NCBI GenBank assembly: GCA_028711505.1
Contig: JAQTSC010000001.1
Location: forward strand, 56,447 to 120,446
DNA: 64,000 nt
Direction: 5' to 3'
Source: Minisyncoccota bacterium
GTDB lineage: Bacteria > Patescibacteriota > Minisyncoccia > JAHISW01 > Tagabacteraceae
Positions within the stretch are counted from its first letter, which is position 1; each line of letters starts with the position of its first letter. Of the stretch, positions 9,307-19,300 are shown in pieces. The translations under genes were made by a program, and so were the position numbers. The notes below the pieces were generated by a model. That model worked only from the letters and a program-made list of their open reading frames with translations, ran no database searches and was not told the DNA's origin.

Positions 9307-11124
9307 TTAAAACTTATACACGTCTATTGATGTCCCCGCGCGGAAGACCGGAGTTTTTCCCAGTAGCCACGGATAAGTATCTTCAAATTTTTGTTTGAAA
9401 TTTTTTACCGGTACTGCGTGTCCTCCCTGCAGAAATGTGTGCGAAATGGCGAACCAGCTGCCCTCAGAAGGTTCTCCTTTTGCCGACCACCACTGCTCGT
9501 ACCTTTCACCAAAATAATATTTTGGATTTCCTCCGCCGAAATAATCAATTCCTATTTTTTTTATTTGGTTTTTGTCGGCAAAATCCTTGAGCCGTTTTAA
9601 ATCCTGCCCCCAATCGTAATTTGAGTCAACGGCGATTTTATAGCCGTTTTCCGTTCCGCCCCCCAAGATGTTGAAATAAGAAAGATAATAAGGATAAGTT
9701 GCTATCGCGGAAATAATCATCCAAAGAAGCAGTATTAGCAGCAAAGCGCCCCTTTCAACCGGCCTTAAATACTTCATAAAAAATTCTTTTATCTTTTCTT
9801 TAAAACTTCTCGGTTCCGAAAACGGCGGCGATTTTATCCATTTTATGGTTTGTCTCGCGACCAAAAGATAAATGAAGGGGAAGGTCGGAAGCACGTGCCT
9901 TACTCCTATGTTAAGAGGGCTTGATATTGCTTGAAACCAATAAACCGCGATAAATATAAAACTTGCCGTAAGCGCGAAATTTTCTCTAAGCCATGCGCAT
10001 GTTTTTTTGAAACTTTTATTTTTGCTTAAGATGATGTTTTTCAACCCAATTGCCATGGCCAAAAGAGTTAAAATGTGCAGAACAAGGTGTTCTTTAAAAA
10101 GATATAGCAAAGGAAAATATGAAGGCCACCCCGCCGCTGAAACTTCACCCATAAAATAAGTGGTGTTTCCTCCGGATGCTCGCTGAACAACCATAAGAAG
10201 ACCGACAAAATATTGGCCGATAGACCTGAATATCGGATTTCCGCACATCCAGACAGCGGCATCCACAAGCGGCCTTATCCCGAAGGAAGAGAGGTTAAAA
10301 ACGGCGTCACTTACTTGCCGTTCTATCGGATAATTCCAAACGTGAAAAACATAAACCGGCCATATCACAAAAAGTCCGATGATTCCTATCAAAATAGTTT
10401 TCGCGATAACGGACAGCTCTTCTTTCAAGAATTTTTTCCAATAAAAATTGTCTATGTTTTTTAAAAATACCCATGACACTCCGAAGACGGCGTATAGCGG
10501 CGCGAGAAGCACAAGCGAGAATTTTAAAAGCTGGGCAACTCCGAATGCCGCGCCCGCGATAATCAGGCTTTTTTTGTCTCCGCGGAAAAGGAAATTGAGA
10601 TAAGCGCTTATTCCTATGAAAAAACCAAAGGCCGCGCCAAGGTCAGTGGTAACATAGCGCGAGTGCGCCAGAAATGTCGGTGAAAAGCAGAAAAAGAAAA
10701 GGGCAAGAAGCGCCACTCTGTTTCCGTAAAGTCCTTGTATCAATTTGAAAAAAAGCCAGCCGAAAAGAACCGCGAGAATCATTATGGGCAGCCGGGAAAA
10801 AACGATTATGTTGTCGGCATTGTTTCCCGATTCATAAATGAAAATTCTTCCCATGTCCCATTGTCCGTTTATATATTCGCTCCATGCGGCCGCGTTCGTG
10901 GGAAAATTCAAATTTAAAAATAAAAGGGGGATAGCGGAGAGGTCTTTTATCAGGGGCGGATGCTCCGGGTTCAGACGATAATCTTTTTGCGAAAGATACG
11001 AATATCCCGAAGGTATATGCGCAAGCTCGTCCATGGTGGCGGAATCGCCCAGCGCGGAAGTAAAAATAATGCCGAACATCGCGAGAAGCATTAACCCTGC
11101 CGTGAAATTCACTATTTTTTTCAT
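9307..11124 (-). CDS. Polytopic membrane glycosyltransferase, GT39/GT83 (ArnT/PMT-like) family
   Basis: 605 aa with many TM helices. The N-terminal loop motif DELAHIPSGYSYL...HPPL is typical of PMT_2/ArnT-like lipid-linked sugar transferases. Confidence 0.7.
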   Translation of the reverse strand: MKKIVNFTAGLMLLAMFGIIFTSALGDSATMDELAHIPSGYSYLSQKDYRLNPEHPPLIKDLSAIPLLFLNLNFPTNAAAWSEYINGQWDMGRIFIYESGNNADNIIVFSRLPIMILAVLFGWLFFKLIQGLYGNRVALLALFFFCFSPTFLAHSRYVTTDLGAAFGFFIGISAYLNFLFRGDKKSLIIAGAAFGVAQLLKFSLVLLAPLYAVFGVSWVFLKNIDNFYWKKFLKEELSVIAKTILIGIIGLFVIWPVYVFHVWNYPIERQVSDAVFNLSSFGIRPLVDAAVWMCGNPIFRSIGQYFVGLLMVVQRASGGNTTYFMGEVSAAGWPSYFPLLYLFKEHLVLHILTLLAMAIGLKNIILSKNKSFKKTCAWLRENFALTASFIFIAVYWFQAISSPLNIGVRHVLPTFPFIYLLVARQTIKWIKSPPFSEPRSFKEKIKEFFMKYLRPVERGALLLILLLWMIISAIATYPYYLSYFNILGGGTENGYKIAVDSNYDWGQDLKRLKDFADKNQIKKIGIDYFGGGNPKYYFGERYEQWWSAKGEPSEGSWFAISHTFLQGGHAVPVKNFKQKFEDTYPWLLGKTPVFRAGTSIDVYKF

Positions 11125-11148
11125 AATTTTTTTAGATTAATAATGTTT

Positions 11149-12699
11149 TTATTTATATAGCATTTCAAATCCCGGAAAGACGCTTATTCTAACTCCGGGT
11201 TGAATTTGTTTTACTCTGTCGCGCAGCTTGGCGTCCGACTCAAGCGAAACTATAAAACAGGAATTTTTCGTCTCGGAACATTTTATTTTTTCGAGTTCGG
11301 AAGGAAGAAGATAAGTAAAATGTTTTTCCGCTTGTCCTTTTTCGGTAAAAGAACCGGTTAAAAACATTACGGTTTGCGCCGGCATCGGGATATTTTTTAC
11401 TTTTACTCCGTCAACATTAACAATCACGAATTTATCGGTCTGCGGCGGCACTTTGTTCAGGAAATTCGCTATGTCGCTTGCCCTGCCGTTAAAAGCGTAA
11501 TAGGTATTTATATTATCTCCCCATCTGATGAAATATTTCGTGTAGGTTGTTGTCGCTATTGCCGCGAGAAACACAAACAGAAAAAGAATCAACTCTTTTC
11601 TTATCCTTGAAATTTGATTTTCGTATTGGGGATATTTTTCCCGCTGTTTTTTAATCCAGCCGTTTACCGTTTCCGCTGTTTTTTCAAGTCCGATTCCGGC
11701 AAAGAGCATTACCGGCGGAATAAGAATTATGGAACGCAGAGCGTGCGGAATTCCTTCGTTTGAAATTACAACCGGAAGCGCCATCACGATAAGCCACAAG
11801 AACAGAAGAAGATATTTTCTGCGGATGATTGTCCAGAAAAAGCCGATTAAAAAGAGAATTCCTACCGGCCACCATAAAGAAGGAGAACCCGCCAGATTGT
11901 GCCTCCAATTCGCGTCTCCGTAGAAGAAAAGCATGTTCGCGGTTTTTACGGAATTTATCGCCAGATTTTTCAGCGGAGCGTCTGAAGAAAAAACCGAAAG
12001 CTGGGAAGTGCGTCCAAAAAAATCAGACGGATTTTTTAGAAAATACCACCCAAGAGGAATTGCCGCGATGAACGCCCCTAAAAGAAAAACAGCTATAATT
12101 TTTTTCTGCCCGCCTTTCCAAAGTTTTATGAAAGGGAAAATCAAAAGAAGAGGCGCGGCGCGATAGGCGATGTATGAATGGAAACCGAGTCCGAAAGCGA
12201 TACCCGCGAAAGCGCTTAATTTCCAGCTGTTTTTTCTTCCGGCCGCGAGCAGAAGAGCGAAAGCCCAGGTCAAGAAAAAAGGCGCCATTATGGCGCGGAA
12301 TCCTATGCGCGAAAAAAGCAGATGCCAAAAACTCGTGGCGAGGATAAATGAAGAAAATAGCGCGAGGCGTTTATTTCCGGTGAGCTCCTTTGCCAGATAA
12401 TAAAGCCCTAAAACTGTAAGTATTCCGAAAATTGCCGATACTCCGCGCAAAGCCCATGCTTCGTTTCCGAATATTTTTACGGACAGGGCTTGTATATTTA
12501 TAAAAAACCCTTCACGCCCGTTGTTTTCGGGGTAAAACATTTTGTAATCGCCCGATTCGTTCGCTTCAAGAGCGTTGCTTCCGTTCATGGCTTCATCGGA
12601 ATAAAGTCCGGGAGGGATTGATTGGATTTGCCAGAGGCGAAGAAAAGCGGCCGTTAAGATAATAAGCGACAAGAATATAAAAACGCTTTTTTTAGACAT
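11149..12699 (-). CDS. Second polytopic membrane glycosyltransferase, GT39/GT83 (ArnT-like) family
   Basis: 516 aa and multi-TM. The N-terminal LYSDEAMNGSNALEA motif is the DE..xG loop of ArnT/PMT-like enzymes. In tandem with the preceding GT. Confidence 0.7.
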   Translation of the reverse strand: MSKKSVFIFLSLIILTAAFLRLWQIQSIPPGLYSDEAMNGSNALEANESGDYKMFYPENNGREGFFINIQALSVKIFGNEAWALRGVSAIFGILTVLGLYYLAKELTGNKRLALFSSFILATSFWHLLFSRIGFRAIMAPFFLTWAFALLLAAGRKNSWKLSAFAGIAFGLGFHSYIAYRAAPLLLIFPFIKLWKGGQKKIIAVFLLGAFIAAIPLGWYFLKNPSDFFGRTSQLSVFSSDAPLKNLAINSVKTANMLFFYGDANWRHNLAGSPSLWWPVGILFLIGFFWTIIRRKYLLLFLWLIVMALPVVISNEGIPHALRSIILIPPVMLFAGIGLEKTAETVNGWIKKQREKYPQYENQISRIRKELILFLFVFLAAIATTTYTKYFIRWGDNINTYYAFNGRASDIANFLNKVPPQTDKFVIVNVDGVKVKNIPMPAQTVMFLTGSFTEKGQAEKHFTYLLPSELEKIKCSETKNSCFIVSLESDAKLRDRVKQIQPGVRISVFPGFEMLYK

Positions 12700-12743
12700 T
12701 GTTTTTTAGTTTATAAAAGCCTGGTTTAATAAATAATAGAATA

Positions 12744-12778
12744 GCAGAGAAAATAAAAAATTATTTTATTTTCTCTGC
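12744..12778. repeat. Perfect 15-bp inverted repeat with 5-nt loop (GCAGAGAAAATAAAA-aatta-TTTTATTTTCTCTGC)
   Basis: Read directly from the sequence. Sits in the divergent intergenic region between the minus-strand GT gene (start 12699) and the + gene at 12917. Confidence 0.6.
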
Positions 12779-12916
12779 GTTATTTCCGCTTGCTCTTATG
12801 TACTTTATTTTAACCGAAAAAGGCTTTTATCGCCAAAGGAAGTTTTGCACACCTCTTGCCCCATTCCATTCGTTTTGTCTATTTCAGTTTGCCGTTTTTT
12901 TTGATATTATAAATTT

Positions 12917-13318
12917 ATGGTTAATGAACCTCAGTTTGAACAAGGCATTACTCCGGAAACCGAACGGGCAAATTTGCGCGAGCGCGTTTTGTCTTCTCCC
13001 GAACAAGGCAGAGAAATCATAAAAGAATACGCCGAATTGCCGCCGGAAAAAGTTTACGCGCCGGAATACAATCTTTCGCCCGAAGAAATGGAAAAATTGG
13101 AAAGGAGGGTGATTGACGTTAATTTTGAAGAAAAAGAAAAAGTGCTTCAGGAACTTTTTAACATCGCGAGAGAAAAAGGAATTATAAACGCGGCAAAAGC
13201 CGCTTCAAAACTTCCTCCTTCGCTTCTGGATGATTTTCACGACCTTCTTGTGAGGTTTGTTCACGAAGAGCAGAATCAGGCGCAGGATGCCGGAGCTTCT
13301 CCTTCGCAAGCGGCATAA
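12917..13318 (+). CDS. Hypothetical soluble acidic protein
   Basis: 133-aa ORF immediately upstream of, and co-oriented with, the ATPase gene. No recognisable motif. Confidence 0.45.
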   Translation: MVNEPQFEQGITPETERANLRERVLSSPEQGREIIKEYAELPPEKVYAPEYNLSPEEMEKLERRVIDVNFEEKEKVLQELFNIAREKGIINAAKAASKLPPSLLDDFHDLLVRFVHEEQNQAQDAGASPSQAA

Positions 13319-13334
13319 ATAAAATTCAATCAAA

Positions 13335-15779
13335 ATGGAATTTATCGCGTTCCTTTTTAGTCCTTATCCCGTTGCCGGGCTTCTTGCTTTGGCTGCGGTT
13401 TTTCTCATATATCATTTCTTGCGTTCTTCACGTGAAAAAGAGTTTTTCCGCTCTCTGGATTTTACTCTTTTCGAGATTATTTTGCCCCGTCCGGAAAAAG
13501 AAGAAGGCAAGACTTTCAAAGACGCTATCGCCGTGATGGAACAGTTTTATTCGGGCATGTCGGGTTTGAAGTCGCACTTTGCGCTTGAACTGGTTTCTCC
13601 GGCAACGGAAAACGAGACTAATTTTTACGTTTCTATGCCGAAAAGCCATGCGTCTTTTTTCGAAAAGCAATTGCATGCCGTTTTTCCTTCTGCCGAAATA
13701 AGGGAAGAAAAAACCGATTACAATATTTTTAAATACAAATATCCGACCGCGGCGGCGGAAGTCGTTTTCACCCAGCCTTCGGTTCTTCCTCTAAGAACTT
13801 ACGATGAGCTTGTAAACGACCCGTTATCGGTTATCGCCAATGTTTTTTCGGATATCAAAAGAGAAAAAGAAGGCGCCGCTTTCCAGATAGTGATAAATCC
13901 TTTTGCAAAAGGATTAAAAAGCGATGTTGAAAAGTCGCTTAAGCTTTTGCAGGCGGGAGAGCCTATAAAAAAAGCGCTGGAAGGAGGGCGGGGTTTTTTT
14001 GAAGGATTTTTAGATATCATTTTCCATAACGATTCCAAGAAAGGGAATTCCGACCCCGCTTCCATGGCAAGAGGCGCGCTTTCCGCGGCGCAGGAAGCCC
14101 GTTCCGAAGTGATAAAAATTTTAACGAAGAAAATTTCCAAACCGATTATGTCCGCGAATATCCGGCTTGTGGCGTCCGGACAGACAGAGGATCGCGCTCA
14201 AAAAATACTTGAAGAAATGAAAAGCGCTTTTTCCCAGTTCAATGATCCGCGCGCCAATTCGTTTGCGTGCAAAGATGTTTCTGGCTGGGGATTGCGCAAA
14301 TTTTTCTACAATTTTTCTTTCAGGCTTTTTGACAAAAAAAGAGCCCTGGTTTTAAATATCGCCGAGCTCACGGGCATTTTTCATTTTCCGACTACTTTGG
14401 CTTTGGCTCCCAGGATGAAATTCCTTAAAGCGAAAAAAGCCGAACCGCCGATAAACCTGTCCGCGAACGGAATTATTATCGGTAAAAATATTTTTCGCGA
14501 CGAAGAAAAAGAAATAAAAATCGCTCCTGACGACCGCCGCCGGCATTTTTATTCCGTTGGCCAGACCGGCACCGGCAAGTCCGTTCTTATGAAAAACATG
14601 GTTGTTCAGGATATAGAAGAAGGCAGGGGCGTGTGTTTTATAGACCCTCACGGAGACGCGGTTGAAGAAATAATGGGGTTGATTCCCTTTGAAAGGTGGA
14701 ACGATATCGTTTACTTTAATCCGGGTGATGCCACGCGTCCTTTCGGTATGAATATGCTGGAATTTGATTCCAAATATCCGGAGCAAAAAACTTTCATCAT
14801 AAACGAACTTCTTGAAATTTTTAACAAGCTCTATGACATGAAAGCAGCCGGCGGTCCGATGTTTGAGCAGTACTTCAGAAACGCCACTTTGCTTGCCATG
14901 GAAGATAAAGACGGCACTCTGCTTGAAATTTCCCGCGTTCTTTCCGATTCGGAATTCAGGGCAAAAATGCTTTCGCGGACACAGAATCCTTTGCTTAAAA
15001 ATTTCTGGACCGAGACGGCGGAAAAGGCGGGAGGCGATGCCACGCTACAGAACATGGTTCCTTACATTACGAGCAAATTTGACACATTTCTTTCAAATGA
15101 AATAATACGGCCCGTGCTTTGCCAGTCGCGTTCTTCTTTTAATTTTCGCGAAGCGATGGACAGCGGTAAAATTGTTTTGATAAATCTTTCAAAGGGAAGA
15201 ATCGGCGAAACGAACGCTTATCTTTTGGGAATGGTTTTTGTCGGAAAACTTTTTATGGCGGCGATGTCTCGCGCGGACTTGCCGGAAGAAAAACGCAGAG
15301 ATTTCTTTTTATATATAGACGAATTCCAAAACGTAACGACAAATTCCATTTCAATGATTTTATCCGAAGCGAGAAAATATCGCTTGTGCCTGAATATCAC
15401 GCATCAATTTATCGGTCAGCTTACGGAAGACATCAAGAAAGCTGTCTTTGGAAATGTGGGTTCGTTTGCTGTCTTTAGAATAGGGAAAGACGATGCCGAA
15501 TACCTCGCAAAACATTTTGAGCCGGTTTTTAACGCCGAGGATTTGATGAATATCGGAAACTATAACGCTTACGTAAAACTTTTAATAAACGGGGAGACAT
15601 CGCGTCCGTTTAACATAGAAACTTACGCTCCGGCAAAAAGCGAAGAAGCCGTACGCGAAAAAACCAAAGAAGTTTCGGCAATAAAATACGGCCGGCCTTT
15701 GCGCGAAGTGGAGTCGGAGATAAATAAGAGGTATTTGCGGTTATCCGGCAGTGGAGAGGCGGAAGGCGAGATGGAATAA
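13335..15779 (+). CDS. Membrane-anchored P-loop ATPase of the type IV coupling protein (TraD/TraG/VirD4) / FtsK-HerA superfamily
   Basis: N-terminal TM helices. Walker A in HFYSVGQTGTGKSVLM, Walker B in FFLYIDEFQNVTT, and a T4CP-like C-terminal block (NITHQFIGQLTEDIKKAVFGNVGSFAVFRIG). 814 aa. Confidence 0.55.
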   Translation: MEFIAFLFSPYPVAGLLALAAVFLIYHFLRSSREKEFFRSLDFTLFEIILPRPEKEEGKTFKDAIAVMEQFYSGMSGLKSHFALELVSPATENETNFYVSMPKSHASFFEKQLHAVFPSAEIREEKTDYNIFKYKYPTAAAEVVFTQPSVLPLRTYDELVNDPLSVIANVFSDIKREKEGAAFQIVINPFAKGLKSDVEKSLKLLQAGEPIKKALEGGRGFFEGFLDIIFHNDSKKGNSDPASMARGALSAAQEARSEVIKILTKKISKPIMSANIRLVASGQTEDRAQKILEEMKSAFSQFNDPRANSFACKDVSGWGLRKFFYNFSFRLFDKKRALVLNIAELTGIFHFPTTLALAPRMKFLKAKKAEPPINLSANGIIIGKNIFRDEEKEIKIAPDDRRRHFYSVGQTGTGKSVLMKNMVVQDIEEGRGVCFIDPHGDAVEEIMGLIPFERWNDIVYFNPGDATRPFGMNMLEFDSKYPEQKTFIINELLEIFNKLYDMKAAGGPMFEQYFRNATLLAMEDKDGTLLEISRVLSDSEFRAKMLSRTQNPLLKNFWTETAEKAGGDATLQNMVPYITSKFDTFLSNEIIRPVLCQSRSSFNFREAMDSGKIVLINLSKGRIGETNAYLLGMVFVGKLFMAAMSRADLPEEKRRDFFLYIDEFQNVTTNSISMILSEARKYRLCLNITHQFIGQLTEDIKKAVFGNVGSFAVFRIGKDDAEYLAKHFEPVFNAEDLMNIGNYNAYVKLLINGETSRPFNIETYAPAKSEEAVREKTKEVSAIKYGRPLREVESEINKRYLRLSGSGEAEGEME

Positions 15780-15819
15780 TAATTTGTTCTAACTTTTTAA
15801 TTTTGATAAAATCTTAAAA

Positions 15820-16314
15820 ATGAGCATTTTCGGTAAAATAAAAAGTCATAAGATTTTTTGGGGAGTTGTCATTGCCCTGCTTTTTATTGTGGTTTTGGAT
15901 TTGACCGCCCGGTGGTACGAAATGTATCAAGACCAGAAAAAAGTTGAAAATCTGGCAAAATCTCTGGAAGAAATGGACAGGTTGGTTTTAGAGGCGCGCG
16001 CCGCGGATAAGATTGGAGGCAAAACCCCGCAGGAAACATTGGATTTATTTATTAATGCGGTTGAAAAAGGCGATTATGAGTTGGCTAGTAAATATTTTGT
16101 GTTGGAAGAAAAAGAAAATACTAAGAAAGAATTATTGATTTTAGATGAAAAGAACAAGACAGAATGGTATTTGGCTATTTTGAAAAACGCAAAATCCGAC
16201 GGAGAAATAAAAGACGGGTCTTTTAGAATGAGATCAAAATTAGAAAATCCTCCTGACTATTTAATTAATTTTTCTCAATATCCATCTGGTAATTGGAAAA
16301 TAGAAAAGATTTAA
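15820..16314 (+). CDS. Small membrane-anchored (signal-anchor) hypothetical protein
   Basis: 164 aa with a single N-terminal TM segment (IFWGVVIALLFIVVLDL) and a charged extracytoplasmic domain. Confidence 0.5.
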   Translation: MSIFGKIKSHKIFWGVVIALLFIVVLDLTARWYEMYQDQKKVENLAKSLEEMDRLVLEARAADKIGGKTPQETLDLFINAVEKGDYELASKYFVLEEKENTKKELLILDEKNKTEWYLAILKNAKSDGEIKDGSFRMRSKLENPPDYLINFSQYPSGNWKIEKI

Positions 16315-16321
16315 TCAAAAT

Positions 16322-19300
16322 ATGAAAAAGGCCATTTTGCTTTTTATCATTTTCAGCCCTTTGCTTTTCAGCCGGGCTGTTTTTGCGTATAACGACACAA
16401 ATACGCACCCCGCTTTAACCGACGAAACAATAGATTTTTATAATTCAATTTCAGAAAATAAGCTCACGGACGAAGAAAAAGAATGGATTATTTCCGGCGC
16501 GGAAGGCGAAGATACCCCTCCCAGATGGACAAATCATTTTTACGACCCTGTCTATGACGAAGGTTTTACCGGTGAGCGCGGTCCTTCAAACATTATAAAC
16601 GAACTCTCGGGAAAATATTCGGACGTCTGGCTTTCGGTGGAAGACGCTGTTTCCGCAAAGATCTGGTCGCAAAATCAGGAACTTCAGGCAAAATATAGGC
16701 TTTATAAAGGCAATAAAACCTGGGAAAAAGCGATTTACGAATATGTAAAAAATAATAATAAACAGGAAGCATTTTATTCATTAGGTTTTGTTTTGCATCT
16801 TTTGCAGGACATGGCAGTGCCTGATCACACAAGAAACGACAGTCATCCGCCAACCGACGGCAGTCCTTATGAAAATTATTGCGTCGGGTTTAATAGAAAT
16901 AATTTCAGCATCCAAGATAAAATAAAGGGGAATCAGCCTGCTTCTTTAACTTCTCTGGATAATTATTTTGATTATTTAGCCAATTACTCAAACAAATATT
17001 TTTTTAGTAAAGATACGATAAATGACGAGAAATACGAGAACCCAAAAATTATAAAAGTTGAAGGTGATTATGGTTATGGTCCTGATAATAGAGGGAATGA
17101 ATTTAAGATAGTGGGTGCTACTAGAGAAATTAAAAATGGTGAATTGAAAATTTCGTATTTTTTAAGAACCCAGGAGGAAAAAGTTTTTGAATCTTATTGG
17201 TCTCGCCTGTCCACTGAAGCCGTTCTGTCCGGAGCAGGAGTTATAGAATTATTTTTTAGCGAAGCCGAAAAAGCGAAAAATAATCAGAACCTGCTTGAAG
17301 AACCTCCTCAAGAGAAATCAGCCATCGTGAGTATTTTTATGGGCGATTTTTCTTTTGCCGGAGAATATTTCCGCATGGGAAAACTGGCCAATGGCGCAAA
17401 AGATTGGTTTTCAAATACGTTTAACAATTTTGCCAGCGCTCTTATGTCTCCGTTTTATGGAAAAAACAACTTGAATTCCGGTCTTGCTAATGTTGTTTTC
17501 TCCGAATCAAGTGAAGCCGAACCGCCAGCCCAATCCGCTTACGATGATGAAATTGAACAGCCGCAGATATTGCCTCAAATACTTCCGCAAGAAACAATTC
17601 AAGCTTTTGAAACACAGACGCAAGAAACATCCGCTGAAATTGAAGTTTTAGAAGAAATTTTGCCTGAAGCCGTAATAACAGAAGTTATACCGGAACCCGA
17701 GCAGATACCGGATTTTTTAAAAACCATTCCTATCCCGCCTATTGCTATGGGCGGTGGCGGCAGTCCTTCAGTCGGGTCAACAGTCTTGCCGCAAACAAAC
17801 TCAACGCAGAATTCTTCAAACCAGCCAGAATCCTCATCTTTTGTTTCAGCCCCGCCAGAGCCTCCGGCAGACACTACTCCGCCGGACATTTCATTTGAAA
17901 TTGCCGAGTGCGCCGATTCGTTTTCGGAAGAAGGATGTGTTATTGCTCCGCAGATTATTCACTTATCCTGGCAAAGCGTTGCCGGTGATATTGAAGAATT
18001 TGAACTTACAATAAACGGTACCGCGCAAGCGCTGGCTACAACTTCTACTTCAACCGAGTTCAGCGCGATTCAAGACAACGCAGCTCATTCTTTTTCAATT
18101 CGCGCGAAAGATTCGTCGGACAATTATTCGGACCCGCAATCCATTGACATTGAAATTTTTTCCGCGCCAATAGTAATAAACGAAATTGCATGGGGAGGCA
18201 CTTCGGGCAGGCCGAACGATGAGTGGGTTGAACTTTACAATAAATCTTCAAGCGCGATAAATCTCGCGAATTGGACCTTGTCATCAGCCGACAGCGAACC
18301 GTACATAATTTTATCGGGAAAAATCTCTCAAAAAGGTTATTGTCTTCTTGAACGCACCGATGATAATACTATCAGTGATATAGCGGCTGATTTGATTTAT
18401 ACGGGAGCGTTAAACAATACCGGGGATGATCATCTGACTTTGTATTTCGCTTCAACCACAATAGACCAAACTCCTTTGGGGAATTGGCCTGCCGGAACAT
18501 CGGCAGGTTTTTCAATGGAAAGATACGATTCAAAAACCAGCGGGGATAATCCTTCTAATTGGCTCACAAACGATACTCCGATAGCGAATGGTTTGGCTTC
18601 GGGCCCGGAATTTTACAAAATTGCCGGAACTCCAAAGCAAAGAAATAGCGCCAATTATCTTGTAAACAAGAATCAGAATATTTTTTCCGACATTGTCTTA
18701 AAAAAATCAGAAAGCCCGTACTTCATCGACGGCACCGTCATAAATGTTTCCGCTTCGGCTACTCTTACGATAGAACCCGGCGTTGTCATCAAATTTCATA
18801 ATGACGCCGGCCTAAAAATTGACGGAAAAATTTTAGCGCAAGGGACGGAAAATGACAAAATTGTTTTTACTTCAATAATGGATGACGAATACGGCGGAGA
18901 TACAAACGGAGCCGATGCGACAACAACTTTGCCTTATCCGGGAAGCTGGTTTGGCGTCGTAGTAAGCGAAACAGCTCCGGCTGGTTCAATTTTTGATTAT
19001 GCTATTTTAAGATACGCAGGAAAATATTATACCGGACAAACGCAGGAACGCGCCTTGCTTGCGTCAAAAGGTTCGGTTATTACGGTTTCAAACTCTATTT
19101 TTGAATATTCAAAAGTTTACGGGCTTAAGCTTGCCGGTTCAAATTCGCTTGTGAAAAATAATATATTCAGGAATAACAATACAGCTGGCATCACTTCGCC
19201 TAAGGCCGCGCTCTACGCAGGTTCGTGCTTGCCGACCATATCCGGAAATTTGTTTGAAAAAAATAATGCGGGAATTTATCTGGCTGACGCGCCGGGAATA

